NCBI GenBank assembly: GCA_951813565.1
Contig: OX638351.1
Location: forward strand, 4,256,001-4,320,000
DNA from: an uncultured Poribacteria bacterium
Lineage (GTDB): Bacteria > Poribacteria > WGA-4E > WGA-3G
DNA length: 64,000 nt
Direction of reading: 5' to 3'
A program made the translations under genes and the position numbers. Shown in pieces: positions 31,778 to 41,739 of the stretch. Position 1 is the first letter of the stretch; every line of letters starts with the position of its first letter. The notes under the pieces were generated by a model. The model saw nothing but the letters and a program-made list of their open reading frames with translations. It made no database searches and was not told the DNA's origin.

Positions 31778-33292
31778 ATGAAAACTCCACAAAAAACGCT
31801 TTGGGGCGGACGTTTTAGCACAAGCCTCACCACAGAAACAGTTGCTTTCACACACTCCATTGAGGCAGATACCCGCCTCATCGCATACGATATCTGGGGA
31901 AGCCAAGCACATGCGATTATGCTTGCACGGCAAGAAATCATCTCCAATACTGATTTACGAGAGATTTTGCGATGGCTCCGTAAGGCAGAAGAGGATTATC
32001 AAATCGGCAACTTCACCCTTGACCCGAATAAAGAAGATGTGCACATGAACGTTGAGTCTTACCTGATTGAGAATGCTGGACGTGAATTTGGAGGAAAACT
32101 CCACACTGCTCGTTCTCGCAATGACCAGGTACTCGTAGATGCACACCTCTATATTCGGGATGAGATTCTGAATATCCAGCGTGGCATCTCTACGTTGTGC
32201 GATGCGTTTTTAAGCATTGCCAAAGAACATGTTGCCACCGTCATGCCCGGCTATACACACACACAACATGCGCAACCGATCAGTCTCGGTTTCTGGGCTA
32301 CCGCTCATGTTAGCATGTTCCTAAGAGACCAGAAGCGGCTGCAGGCTGCTTACGAACTCGCCAATATGAACCCGCTTGGTGCGTGTGCCTTAGCTGGCAC
32401 GACCTTCCCAATTGACCGACATCTGACAACAGAACTGCTCGGTTTTGACACCCCACATGAACATGCACTTGATGTTATCAGCAGTCGAGATTTTATTGCA
32501 GAAACCCTCTTCGCGTTGTCGCTTGTGATGGCGAATCTTTCTCGGATCAGCGAAGAAATTATCTATTGGACAACTTACGAATTTGGGATGGCAGTGCTTG
32601 ACGATGCGTATAGTTCAGGAAGTTCTATCATGCCTCAGAAGAAGAATCCAGACATTGCCGAACTCACGCGGGGACGCACAGGACGCGTCTACGGGGCGTT
32701 ATTAGACTTGTTGACGAACCTTAAAGGCTTACCGATGGGATATAACCGCGATTTTCAGGAGGATAAACCGCCACTTTGGGAGGCATTTGATGTTGTAAAG
32801 GCTTGCCTCGGAATACTTCCCGGACTTCTCAAAACCACAGATTTTAAGACAGAACGGATGGCTGAATTGGTAAATGCTAACTTTGCTACAGCGACAGAGT
32901 TAGCGAATTATCTCGTTAGAGAACATCAAGTCAGTTTTCGGGAATCCCATGAGATTGTAGGATGGCTTGTGGGAGAATTAGTGCGTCAAGAAAAGACGTT
33001 CACTGAGTGGGAGTTAACCCAAGCACTTTTGAAACAAAAAGATATTGACATACCGATTTTACAACTGAAACAGATACTGGATGCGGAATTGGCGCTTCAG
33101 AATAACCAAAGTCTTGGTGGCACATCACCTGCTGAAGTGAGTCGAATGATAGAGAGTTTTGAAGAACAATTGAATGCAATTGCAATGCATATCTATGCCT
33201 GTCAAACGCAAATTGAGGATGCACACCAAGAAACCAACCGAATAGTTGACGAAGTATTGGGTGATTCAAATGTTCCTACGCAAGGAGGATAA
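31778..33292 (+). CDS. argH: argininosuccinate lyase
   Basis: LWGGRF, EDVHMNVE, HTARSRNDQ, GSSIMPQKKNPD. Confidence 0.97.
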   Translation: MKTPQKTLWGGRFSTSLTTETVAFTHSIEADTRLIAYDIWGSQAHAIMLARQEIISNTDLREILRWLRKAEEDYQIGNFTLDPNKEDVHMNVESYLIENAGREFGGKLHTARSRNDQVLVDAHLYIRDEILNIQRGISTLCDAFLSIAKEHVATVMPGYTHTQHAQPISLGFWATAHVSMFLRDQKRLQAAYELANMNPLGACALAGTTFPIDRHLTTELLGFDTPHEHALDVISSRDFIAETLFALSLVMANLSRISEEIIYWTTYEFGMAVLDDAYSSGSSIMPQKKNPDIAELTRGRTGRVYGALLDLLTNLKGLPMGYNRDFQEDKPPLWEAFDVVKACLGILPGLLKTTDFKTERMAELVNANFATATELANYLVREHQVSFRESHEIVGWLVGELVRQEKTFTEWELTQALLKQKDIDIPILQLKQILDAELALQNNQSLGGTSPAEVSRMIESFEEQLNAIAMHIYACQTQIEDAHQETNRIVDEVLGDSNVPTQGG

Positions 33293-34010
33293 AAGATTGA
33301 GAAACAGATTAATTGTCGCATTAGATACCGACGACGGTGAAGATATTGATTGGCTATCTGGAACGCTTATAGAGTTAGTGCCGTGGGTTAAAATCGGTTT
33401 TCAAGCATTCAGTACCCTTGGAACTGAGTCTTTTCCCTGGCTCAGTGGAAGAGGTCATCTAATTTTTCTTGACCTGAAGTTTCATGATATACCGAATACG
33501 GTTGCACGAGATGTCGGCACGATGACAAAACACGGTGCACACATGATTAACATGCACGCCTCCGGTGGGCTTGAAATGATGCAAGCCGCAAGGTTCAGTG
33601 CTGATGATGCTGCGGACGATGCAGGAATTCCGAAGCCAATTCTTCTTGGCGTAACAATTTTGACGAGTATAGATGAGCCAGGGTTTAAGTCAAGCTTCGG
33701 TTCAGAACGGCAACTGACTGAACAAGTGGTTTTTCTTGCAAAGCAGTCTAAAGAAGCAGGTTTAGACGGTGTTGTCGCATCGCCTCTGGAAATTGAACCG
33801 ATACGGAAAGCATGCGGCGATAACTTTCTGATTGTCACACCGGGTATCCGTCCGAAATGGGCAGACCCAGGAGACCAACGCCGTATTACAACACCCGCGG
33901 AGGCGATTAACCGTGGCGCTGATTTTATCGTTGTCGGCAGACCGATTATTGAAGCGGAAGACCCGTTAGAGGCTGCCGGAAAAATTTTGGACGAAATGAG
34001 AGGCATGTAA
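33270..34010 (+). CDS. pyrF: orotidine 5'-phosphate decarboxylase
   Basis: LIVALD, FLDLKFHDIPNT, VTPGIRP, VVGRPI. Confidence 0.96.
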   Translation: MFLRKEDKRLRNRLIVALDTDDGEDIDWLSGTLIELVPWVKIGFQAFSTLGTESFPWLSGRGHLIFLDLKFHDIPNTVARDVGTMTKHGAHMINMHASGGLEMMQAARFSADDAADDAGIPKPILLGVTILTSIDEPGFKSSFGSERQLTEQVVFLAKQSKEAGLDGVVASPLEIEPIRKACGDNFLIVTPGIRPKWADPGDQRRITTPAEAINRGADFIVVGRPIIEAEDPLEAAGKILDEMRGM

Positions 34011-34014
34011 CATT

Positions 34015-35451
34015 ATGAACATTGTTTGTATCTGTTTAGACACGTTTCGAGCCGACATCATCGGCGAAGGCAAGAAATATAGCCACGTGCAAACGCCCAA
34101 CCTTGATGCGTTTGCATTGGAGAGTGTGCGTTTCACAAGGGCATTTGGAGAAGGACAACCGACGCTTCAGGTGCGCCGTGGCAACTTTACAGGAATGCGG
34201 AGTTTTCCGTGGAAATATAACTTTGATCGGCGTGGACACTGGCATCACGCACCCGGTTGGCATAAGATTCCACCAGAGCAAGATACCATCGCCGAAGTGC
34301 TTTTAGAGCGCGGTTATTTGACTGCTCTTATAGCAGACACGTACCACATGTTCAAACCGACAATGAATTTCTCACGCGGATTCGCCCATTTCGATTTTAT
34401 CCGTGGACAAGAATCGGACAATTGGCATAGTGGTGATCCGAGGTTGGTTGAGGGCATCCTCCGCAACCATGTCCGTGAACCGATCAATTGGCAACGCCAT
34501 GTAGGACTTGTGAACTATTTACTATCGCAACGGCATCGGAAATCGGACGATGACTATAGTTGTGCACGCGTTTTCCGTGCAGCAGCTGATTGGCTTCAAG
34601 ATAATCACACCGTCGGCCCATTCTTCTTATGGGTAGATAGTTTCGACCCGCATGAACCTTGGGATCCCCCAAAATCCTACGCAGATATCTATCTTCCTGA
34701 CTATTCTGGCAAGGATTTTATCACACCCGGTAGTGCAAACGAAGGTGGAGGACCTACTGCGGAGGAACGTGACCGAATTGAGGCACTCTACCTTGGCGAA
34801 GTGACGTTCGTTGATAAATGGGTTGGTGTATTATTGGATAAAATTGAGCAGCTAAATATCCGTGATGAGACGCTTATTGTGGTGATGTCTGACCATGGCA
34901 CGCAGCTTCGCGACCACGGAAGTTTCGGCAAGGGTGCAAACAAGTTGCATCCATTCAATACGCAACTAAACTTGATGATTCGGCATCCAGAAGGACCTCA
35001 TGACAAAGATATTTCAGCGTTTGTGCAGAACCATGATCTAATGCCGACACTACTAAATCTTGTTGGTATTCCGTGCAGTTGGACGGATGGTGAAGATATG
35101 TGGCAACTCGTTACACAAGAAAAAGCGTCCCTCCGCGAACGAATTATCAATGGGTGGGCAGGTTTTGCAACGGGCAATGCTGTGGGACGCGTTAGTGTGC
35201 GCGACAACCGTTGGAACTTCTGCACTTCGGTCGGTTATAAAGACGAAAAAGGTGATCAACTTTTTGATGTTAGGAATGATCCGGAAGAAAAAGAGAATGT
35301 TGCGAGTGATCATCCTGAAGTTGTAGCAGATCGAAGGCGAGATGTAGAGGCGTTGATAGGGCAAACGTTGCCCGGACATTTCATTGAGGTGTGCGATCCT
35401 GGGCATGCACCAATGCGGGTGTGGCTGCAGAATAAGTTGGCAGAGATGTAA
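34015..35451 (+). CDS. sulfatase-like hydrolase (alkaline phosphatase superfamily)
   Basis: DTFRAD, TPNLD, FDPHEPWDPP, SDHG; nucleophile motif is atypical (TLQVR). Confidence 0.85.
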   Translation: MNIVCICLDTFRADIIGEGKKYSHVQTPNLDAFALESVRFTRAFGEGQPTLQVRRGNFTGMRSFPWKYNFDRRGHWHHAPGWHKIPPEQDTIAEVLLERGYLTALIADTYHMFKPTMNFSRGFAHFDFIRGQESDNWHSGDPRLVEGILRNHVREPINWQRHVGLVNYLLSQRHRKSDDDYSCARVFRAAADWLQDNHTVGPFFLWVDSFDPHEPWDPPKSYADIYLPDYSGKDFITPGSANEGGGPTAEERDRIEALYLGEVTFVDKWVGVLLDKIEQLNIRDETLIVVMSDHGTQLRDHGSFGKGANKLHPFNTQLNLMIRHPEGPHDKDISAFVQNHDLMPTLLNLVGIPCSWTDGEDMWQLVTQEKASLRERIINGWAGFATGNAVGRVSVRDNRWNFCTSVGYKDEKGDQLFDVRNDPEEKENVASDHPEVVADRRRDVEALIGQTLPGHFIEVCDPGHAPMRVWLQNKLAEM

Positions 35452-35535
35452 TAAAATTTATTGTAGCGCAGGGTCTCTATACCCTGCGATTACCAATTTG
35501 ACCAAAGACTCAACATTCTAAAAATGTATTGGTAT

Positions 35536-35670
35536 TTATAGTAAATTTTACAATTAACTTTACATGTCATTCAGCGCGCTTACAAAGCACCAACCCAATG
35601 CTGAACGTGTGGACGGCACGCGGAGCGTGCCTGCTACCATGTGTAAATATATTTTTATATTGCACTATAA
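35536..35670. mobile_element. TTATAGT...ACTATAA-bounded MITE-like element with REP-like cargo
   Basis: Ends ttatagt / actataa; internal gacggcacgcggagcgtgcctgctac; related ends at 52955-53116 and 61578-61780. Confidence 0.55.
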
Positions 35671-35672
35671 TT

Positions 35673-37640
35673 TTATCTGCTTAGAGGTTTTTCTAAATCC
35701 CAGATCAGAATTGATCCGTCATAACTTCCACTGACGAGGGATTTGCCATCCCGTGAAAACTCAAATTTTGTTGGCAGTCCCGCATCACCTGTACGGAATT
35801 CGTGGCGAAGTGTTCTTGTGTCTACATCCCAAAGACGAATTAAACCTCCATGGTATCCGCTTACAACTGTTTTACCATCAGGTGAAAACTGCAGAACTTG
35901 AGGGCTGCCCCTTGCTTGAATAAAATCACCAATGTATTGATGCGTATCTGTATCCCAAATCAGCAATGTGCCATCCGATTGACCAGTAATGAGTATACTG
36001 CTATCCGGTGAAAATGCAAAAGTCGTGACGGCGCCATTAGAATCCAAAGTCAGTGGAGTTTTCTGCTGTTTGTCAAGGTCCCATAGGTATGCTATACCAT
36101 CTTTGCTTCCACTCGCAAATTTTTTGCCATCCGGTGAAAATGCGACATCATTGACGTTTTCAGTATGTCCATCAAGTTCAGTGAATAATCGACGGTTCGG
36201 AACATCCCATAATCTGACTTTGCCTTTCCAGTGGCCGCTTGCGACAATTTTATCATCAGGCGAGAATGCCAATGCTGTAACAAAATTGCCGTCTTTTTTC
36301 ATGGGTTCGTAGAAACGCTGCTTTTCCATATCCCATATCCTAACTTCACCCCAACATCCTGTCGCAGCAATCTTCCCATCGTTGGAGAATGCTGCTGCAA
36401 AGGCAAGCCAAGGTTGTTTTGTATGTCTAAGCTGTTCTGTATTCGTCTCTAAATTCCATACTCTTATTACACCGTCAAATGAACCAGAATACAACATTTT
36501 TCCATCAAAGAACTTTAATGCCTTTACTGAACCTGTATGCCCTTGTATCGTCAGTATTTCTTCTCCGGTTGTAACATCCCACACCTTTGCTGTTCCATCT
36601 TGGCTTCCGCTTGCAAGTCTTTTACTATCTGCTGTCCAGTCTAACCCTTTAACAGGAAGCGTATGTCCCATTAGAGTACGGTCCACCTGTTTATTATCTA
36701 TTTCCTTCTTTTTATCACCTGTAAGAGAACGTAAGACACTTGGTAACGTAGGTTTCTTGTCACCGTTATCTGTTTCTTGGCTGGAAAGATCAAAATCCCA
36801 TAAGATGATTTTGCCTCCTGTATCCCCACTGGCGAAAGTTTTGCCATCGGGTGAAAAAGTGATGGCTTCAACATTTCGTGTATGTCCTTTGTATTCAGAT
36901 AATTCATCTCCTGTTTCAACATCCCAAGAGAAAAGTTTTGTTTGTCCGCCGACAAGTGTTTTGCTATCTGATGAGAAAGCCAAAGTCCAGGCGCGACTAT
37001 TATTCAAAGTATGTTGGAGTTCTCCAGTGGACGCATCCCATAAAAATACTGTGTCTCTGCCAGCACTTGCAACCGAGTGTGCGTCTGGTGAAAGTGCTAA
37101 TCCGTTAAAAAGAGACTCTTGTGGCCCAATGAAGTGGAACATCTCGCGTCCCGTAGCAACTTCCCACATGTGATATTCAACACTGCGGTACCAACTGGCG
37201 CAAGCAAGCATCGTGCCATCCGGTGAAAAAACTAATACTTTTACTCTGCCTACATCTTGTTTTAAGACAGAAACACGTTCACCAGTGGTTGTATCCCACA
37301 GTTCAACAGCACCCCCGAGGACCCAATTCCCCAGTGCAAGTGTTTTGTTATCTGGCGCGAAGGCAATAGTATTTGCAGTCTGTACCCCGCGTGGTTGTAC
37401 TTTTAAAAGTGTAATTTCTGCACCGGTGTGCGCATCATAGATCCAAACTCCAATGTCAGATGCAACTGCCAAACGGGAACCATTCGGTGAAAATTTTACA
37501 TCATTTATTTTTCCTTTTCCAAGCCGCACCATTGCCCCTTGCGGTAAGTGCCATTGTGTATAATCCTGAGTTAATCCTATTGATAGAAATGTACTCGTAG
37601 TTAGTAGCAGTAGAATGTTGAGAAATACAATTTTTTTCAT
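35673..37640 (-). CDS. secreted WD40-repeat protein
   Basis: Signal peptide; many GH...FSPDG...WD repeats. Confidence 0.93.
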   Translation of the reverse strand: MKKIVFLNILLLLTTSTFLSIGLTQDYTQWHLPQGAMVRLGKGKINDVKFSPNGSRLAVASDIGVWIYDAHTGAEITLLKVQPRGVQTANTIAFAPDNKTLALGNWVLGGAVELWDTTTGERVSVLKQDVGRVKVLVFSPDGTMLACASWYRSVEYHMWEVATGREMFHFIGPQESLFNGLALSPDAHSVASAGRDTVFLWDASTGELQHTLNNSRAWTLAFSSDSKTLVGGQTKLFSWDVETGDELSEYKGHTRNVEAITFSPDGKTFASGDTGGKIILWDFDLSSQETDNGDKKPTLPSVLRSLTGDKKKEIDNKQVDRTLMGHTLPVKGLDWTADSKRLASGSQDGTAKVWDVTTGEEILTIQGHTGSVKALKFFDGKMLYSGSFDGVIRVWNLETNTEQLRHTKQPWLAFAAAFSNDGKIAATGCWGEVRIWDMEKQRFYEPMKKDGNFVTALAFSPDDKIVASGHWKGKVRLWDVPNRRLFTELDGHTENVNDVAFSPDGKKFASGSKDGIAYLWDLDKQQKTPLTLDSNGAVTTFAFSPDSSILITGQSDGTLLIWDTDTHQYIGDFIQARGSPQVLQFSPDGKTVVSGYHGGLIRLWDVDTRTLRHEFRTGDAGLPTKFEFSRDGKSLVSGSYDGSILIWDLEKPLSR

Positions 37641-37861
37641 TTTCTGGCTCCTAATAGGGATCTATTTTAGAGATATAGATTATTATGTTACTTAATTTAC
37701 CACGCTGTTTCTCTGAAAACAAGATGTATTTACATATTATATCGTATCTTTTTTCGTGTAAACATGTTGGAAGAAGAGAGGCAACCAAAAACTGCTTGCA
37801 ATATATCCGATCAAATTGTAAAATACGCACAAGTTTTACGAACTTTCAGGAGAATCTCTAA

Positions 37862-38812
37862 ATGCTAAAAGCAGGATTTATTGGTGCTGGAGGACGCAGC
37901 CAAGGTGCACATTATCCGAGTGTCAACCGTCTTGAAGAAGATGTTGAAATGTCCGCAGCGTGCGAACTTGACGAAGGCAAACTCGCGCAGGTCGCGCAAA
38001 AATATGAGTTTCCGCATACGTTCACAGACCATCATAAGATGTTGGATACAATGGATTTAGACGTTGTTTATTGTGTGATGAACGAGAAATGGATTTTGCA
38101 ACCAGCGTTAGACTGTCTGAATGCGGGAAAACATATATTTATTGAAAAACCGCCGGGCGCAACGAGCGATGAGACACAACAATTATTGGAAGCAGCCGTC
38201 GCCAACGATGTCTACTGTATGGTCGGCTTTCAACGGAGATTTGCCGCTGTCACACGCGAAGCGATGCGCCGTGTCGCAGAAAAAGGCCCCGTCTCATTAG
38301 CAGTCACAACATTTAACAAGCAGATGATCGGTGGTAATAGAGAATTTACCACAACGCTTTGGAATGATGTCTGTCACGTTGTTGATTTGCTCCGTTATAT
38401 GGCAGGTGGTGAACCAGTTGAAGTTACAGCACATCGCGACATTTTTGGTGCTGAACAACGCAATTTTTACACCGCTTATGTCCGTTTTGATAATAATGTC
38501 ACAGGTGTTGTTTTCGGTAATCGTGCATCAGGTGGACGTGTGCTGCGCTCTGAGTTGCATGGTGTCGGTATCGGATGTTACATGAAAATCCCCGAAGAAA
38601 TCGAAATTTATGAGAACAACAACAGGCATGTAATGGGAGGTTGGGAAGTTGATGGTGTTGACCAGCGCGATTCGCCAAGTTACGAAGGTGTGCTTACAAT
38701 GCACCAACACTTCGTTGACTGCGTCCAGAACAAAAAAGTTCCGCTTACCGATCTCCGTGATGTCATTCATTCTATTCACCTTGTTGACCAAATAGAGGGT
38801 CCCTTACCTTAG
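37862..38812 (+). CDS. Gfo/Idh/MocA family oxidoreductase
   Basis: GFIGAGG, AGKHIFIEKP, GFQRRF, H..DL. Confidence 0.9.
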   Translation: MLKAGFIGAGGRSQGAHYPSVNRLEEDVEMSAACELDEGKLAQVAQKYEFPHTFTDHHKMLDTMDLDVVYCVMNEKWILQPALDCLNAGKHIFIEKPPGATSDETQQLLEAAVANDVYCMVGFQRRFAAVTREAMRRVAEKGPVSLAVTTFNKQMIGGNREFTTTLWNDVCHVVDLLRYMAGGEPVEVTAHRDIFGAEQRNFYTAYVRFDNNVTGVVFGNRASGGRVLRSELHGVGIGCYMKIPEEIEIYENNNRHVMGGWEVDGVDQRDSPSYEGVLTMHQHFVDCVQNKKVPLTDLRDVIHSIHLVDQIEGPLP

Positions 38813-38836
38813 AAGAAAATTAGGAGGACTAAAAAG

Positions 38837-39700
38837 ATGCTTGATGAACGCCATCTCCAGCATCAAATCACTGACGAACAGCTCTGTGCGTTAAATGCAG
38901 ACGGATATTTCACCGTTGAAGACGCACTACCTTTGGAACTTGTTGTCCAGTTAGAGCAACGAGTTGACGCTATCTATAAAACACATTTAGATGCTGAATA
39001 TGACCCATACACCAAAAAACGGATGACACCACACGACAACTTTTTCTATCCGAATTTTCTTGGTAAAGACCAAATCTTTGTCAATGTTTTGGATTGGTAT
39101 AAAACCTTTCCAAAAGTATGGGGTATTTTGGGATGGAATATCTACTCTTACCATAGTCATTTTATTATTACACCGCCACGACCCGAATCTTTACGCGGTA
39201 AAACGTCACCACTCGGTTGGCATCAAGATAGTGGTCGTGTTAACATTGAGATAGAGAGTTCGCCTCGCCCACGTCTATCAATCAAAGTTGTCTATTGGCT
39301 TTCAGATTGCTCAGAGTCGGGACGCGGAAATTTTTATGTTATTCCAGGAAGCCATCTGTGGGATACATTTGAACGACCACAAGACGGTTCGGTCCCTGAA
39401 GGTGCTACTGCCGTTTGTTGTAAACCGGGTGACGCTGTCTTTTTTGATAGACGTATATGGCATGCGCGTAGTCAAAATGATTCGAACATCACACGGAAAG
39501 GGCTTTTTTACGGATACGGATACCGATGGTTACGCAGTAAAGACGATATGACGATCCCTTCAGGCTTATTTGAACAAAACGATCCGATCCGACAACAACT
39601 TCTTGGAGGCGGCACCAATGCCAATGGACATTTTTCTCCAAAGGATGTGGATGTGCCTTTGAAGGTCTGGCTTGAAGAGAAAGGTGTTATCTCAATATAA
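38837..39700 (+). CDS. phytanoyl-CoA dioxygenase family protein
   Basis: WHQD, PGSH, PGDAVFFDRRIWH. Confidence 0.88.
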   Translation: MLDERHLQHQITDEQLCALNADGYFTVEDALPLELVVQLEQRVDAIYKTHLDAEYDPYTKKRMTPHDNFFYPNFLGKDQIFVNVLDWYKTFPKVWGILGWNIYSYHSHFIITPPRPESLRGKTSPLGWHQDSGRVNIEIESSPRPRLSIKVVYWLSDCSESGRGNFYVIPGSHLWDTFERPQDGSVPEGATAVCCKPGDAVFFDRRIWHARSQNDSNITRKGLFYGYGYRWLRSKDDMTIPSGLFEQNDPIRQQLLGGGTNANGHFSPKDVDVPLKVWLEEKGVISI

Positions 39701-39704
39701 CACC

Positions 39705-39733
39705 TTGACATTATATCAAGTCTGTGGTATGCT
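39705..39733 (+). promoter_or_regulatory. sigma70-like promoter with no adjacent ORF
   Basis: TTGACA-17 bp-TATGCT with extended -10 TG. Confidence 0.55.
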
Positions 39734-39793
39734 TTAATCGCATCGTGGGCGCAAGGGGGCTACCACTCCCTGCCTACGGTGTTTCCACCTCTT

Positions 39794-40652
39794 GTAGGAG
39801 GGGTTTTAAACCCCGATAAACGCTTGGAGTTCGTAGTCGTGCAATTCATGGCACCTCTTACATTTCTTGTAGGAGCGCTTTGTAAGCGCGATGCATAGTA
39901 GCCAGCGCGCTCCGCGTGCTGGCCGTCGCGCCTTTTGTGGAAGCACTTTAGTAAGAAGCGCGCGATATATTGTTGCTGAAAACGGTTCACACATCAGTAT
40001 AAATTCGTTTTCAATAATACAGAGTGATAAAGTTTGTAGGTTGGGTTGGGTAGAGTTTGCGAAACCCATAAATCAACGCTATGAATGCCTTTATGGCATT
40101 CAGCCAAATCAACGCAGCATGCGCGTATGGCATGCTGCGGGCGTCAATTTAAGGATTTATTTCAGGTTTCACACATTTTAACCCAAACAACACCGGAACC
40201 CAATTGTAGGGGCGGGTCTCCGGTGAATGCCAAAAGGCATTCATACCCGGTGAATGACTAAAGACGAATGCGCTTGGTAGAATACGCTTTTGGTATTCTA
40301 CATGATTCGCCATGGTTCATACCGTTGATTTCTTGATTTGGTGCCCGCCAGTTGTTTGAATACATCAGCAATGGCGGGGCACAGAGACCCCACCAAATGC
40401 CAAAAAGCGCATTTGGCGTTGATTTGGCCCTACAAGGTGTGCCAGGATTTATCCCCTAAATTGACACCTATGGGGGTAGAGTTTGCGAAACCCAACCTAC
40501 TTATAACTAATGTAAGAGGCGCAATGAATTGCGCGACTACAAACGCTGATATTCTTAAAATCCGCGAAATCTGTGTAATCCGTATCATCTGTGATTCAGA
40601 CAACAAAATCCAACACAAAGAGGTTGACGGCACACGGAGTGTGCCTACTACT
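39794..40652. repeat. mosaic of REP-like palindromes, an IS231-like MITE (40067-40472) and micro-elements
   Basis: 19-bp direct repeat at 40048-40066 / 40474-40492; GTTGATTTG elements at 40070, 40105, 40222-40340 and 40392. Confidence 0.85.
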
Positions 40653-40719
40653 TTTAATCGCACATCTAAATCGGTTATTTATAAACTACCGTATTAAAAC
40701 CAATTATTGAGGTATAAAA

Positions 40720-41736
40720 ATGTTTCAAAACCTATCGATTCAATCTATTGGGGTTGCACTGTTAATAGCAGCGCTTATGATTCCATTAGCTTTAGCGGAG
40801 AATGAAGTGGAAAAACCGAAAGAACTTAAAGTGGGCATGATAGCCCCAGATTTTACGTTGAAAGATGAAACCGGGACCGAACGTAGTCTCAGTGAATTCT
40901 TAGGAAAGAAAAGCGTTGTCCTCGCCTTTTATCCGAAAGACTTTACCGGTGGCTGAACAGCCGAACTCCAGTCGCTCCGGGATAAATTGAGCGACATAAA
41001 AGAAACCGAAACTGTCTTGTTCGGTGTCAGTGTAGACAACGTTGAGTCGCATAAAAAATTTAAAGAACAAGAAAAGTTCGGATTTTCATTGTTGGCGGAT
41101 ACTGAATTTGAGGTAAGCAAGCAGTACAGCGGGGTTATGGAAAGGTTTAACGCTTCAAAACGGACGACTTTCATTATTGATAAGGCAGGATATATCCGTG
41201 CAATTGATAAAAAAGTCAAAGTGCAGACGCATGGTGAAGATGTTGTAAAACTGCTTAAGAAAGCACTGCCAAAAATAGAAGTTGGGCAGCCTGCTCCCGA
41301 TTTTATCGCCAGGGATGGCGCAGGAAAAACACACCAACTCAGCAAGTTACAGGACAAAAAGAACGTGGTTTTAGCGTTTTATCCGCGTGATTTTGGGCGT
41401 GGCTGAACGGCTGAAGTTTGCTCGCTCCGTGATGAGTCGAGTAGTTTTGCTGAACAGGATGTCCAGGTCTTTGGGATTACTATCAATGATGCTGAGTCAC
41501 ATCAGAAATTTTCGAAAGAAAATGAACTGAATTTTCCACTGCTGATGGATACAGAAAAGAATCTTGCCTTACTCTTTGGTGCTGCTGCAGAAAAATCCGA
41601 CAAACGTTTCAAGCGCTTGACGGTAATCATTGACAAAGCAGGAAAAATCGTGAAAATTGACAAAGAGGTCAATCCAAGCACACACGGGTCAGATTTAGTG
41701 GATTTCTTCAAAACCGTTGATGCGTCAAAAGAATAA
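40720..41736 (+). CDS. secreted tandem peroxiredoxin (BCP/PrxQ-like), probable selenoprotein with two Sec
   Basis: ORFs 40720, 40987 and 41545 share one frame; UGA at 40954-40956 (FYPKDFTGG-U-TAEL) and 41404-41406 (FYPRDFGRG-U-TAEVC) fall at the peroxidatic Cys positions; 338 aa. Confidence 0.88.
40971..40995 (+). promoter_or_regulatory. candidate SECIS hairpin 1
   Basis: GTCGCTC-cgggataaatt-GAGCGAC, starting 14 nt after the UGA. Confidence 0.65.
41420..41442 (+). promoter_or_regulatory. candidate SECIS hairpin 2
   Basis: gCTCGCTC-cgtgat-GAG(t)CGAGt, same offset after the UGA, with a bulged U. Confidence 0.6.
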
Positions 41737-41739
41737 TTG

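Noticed and set aside
40954..41406. Genetic code 4/25 (UGA = Trp/Gly) or plain pseudogene as the explanation for the UGAs
   Set aside because: TGA terminates other genes here (purC, ruvB), and both UGAs fall on the catalytic Cys column
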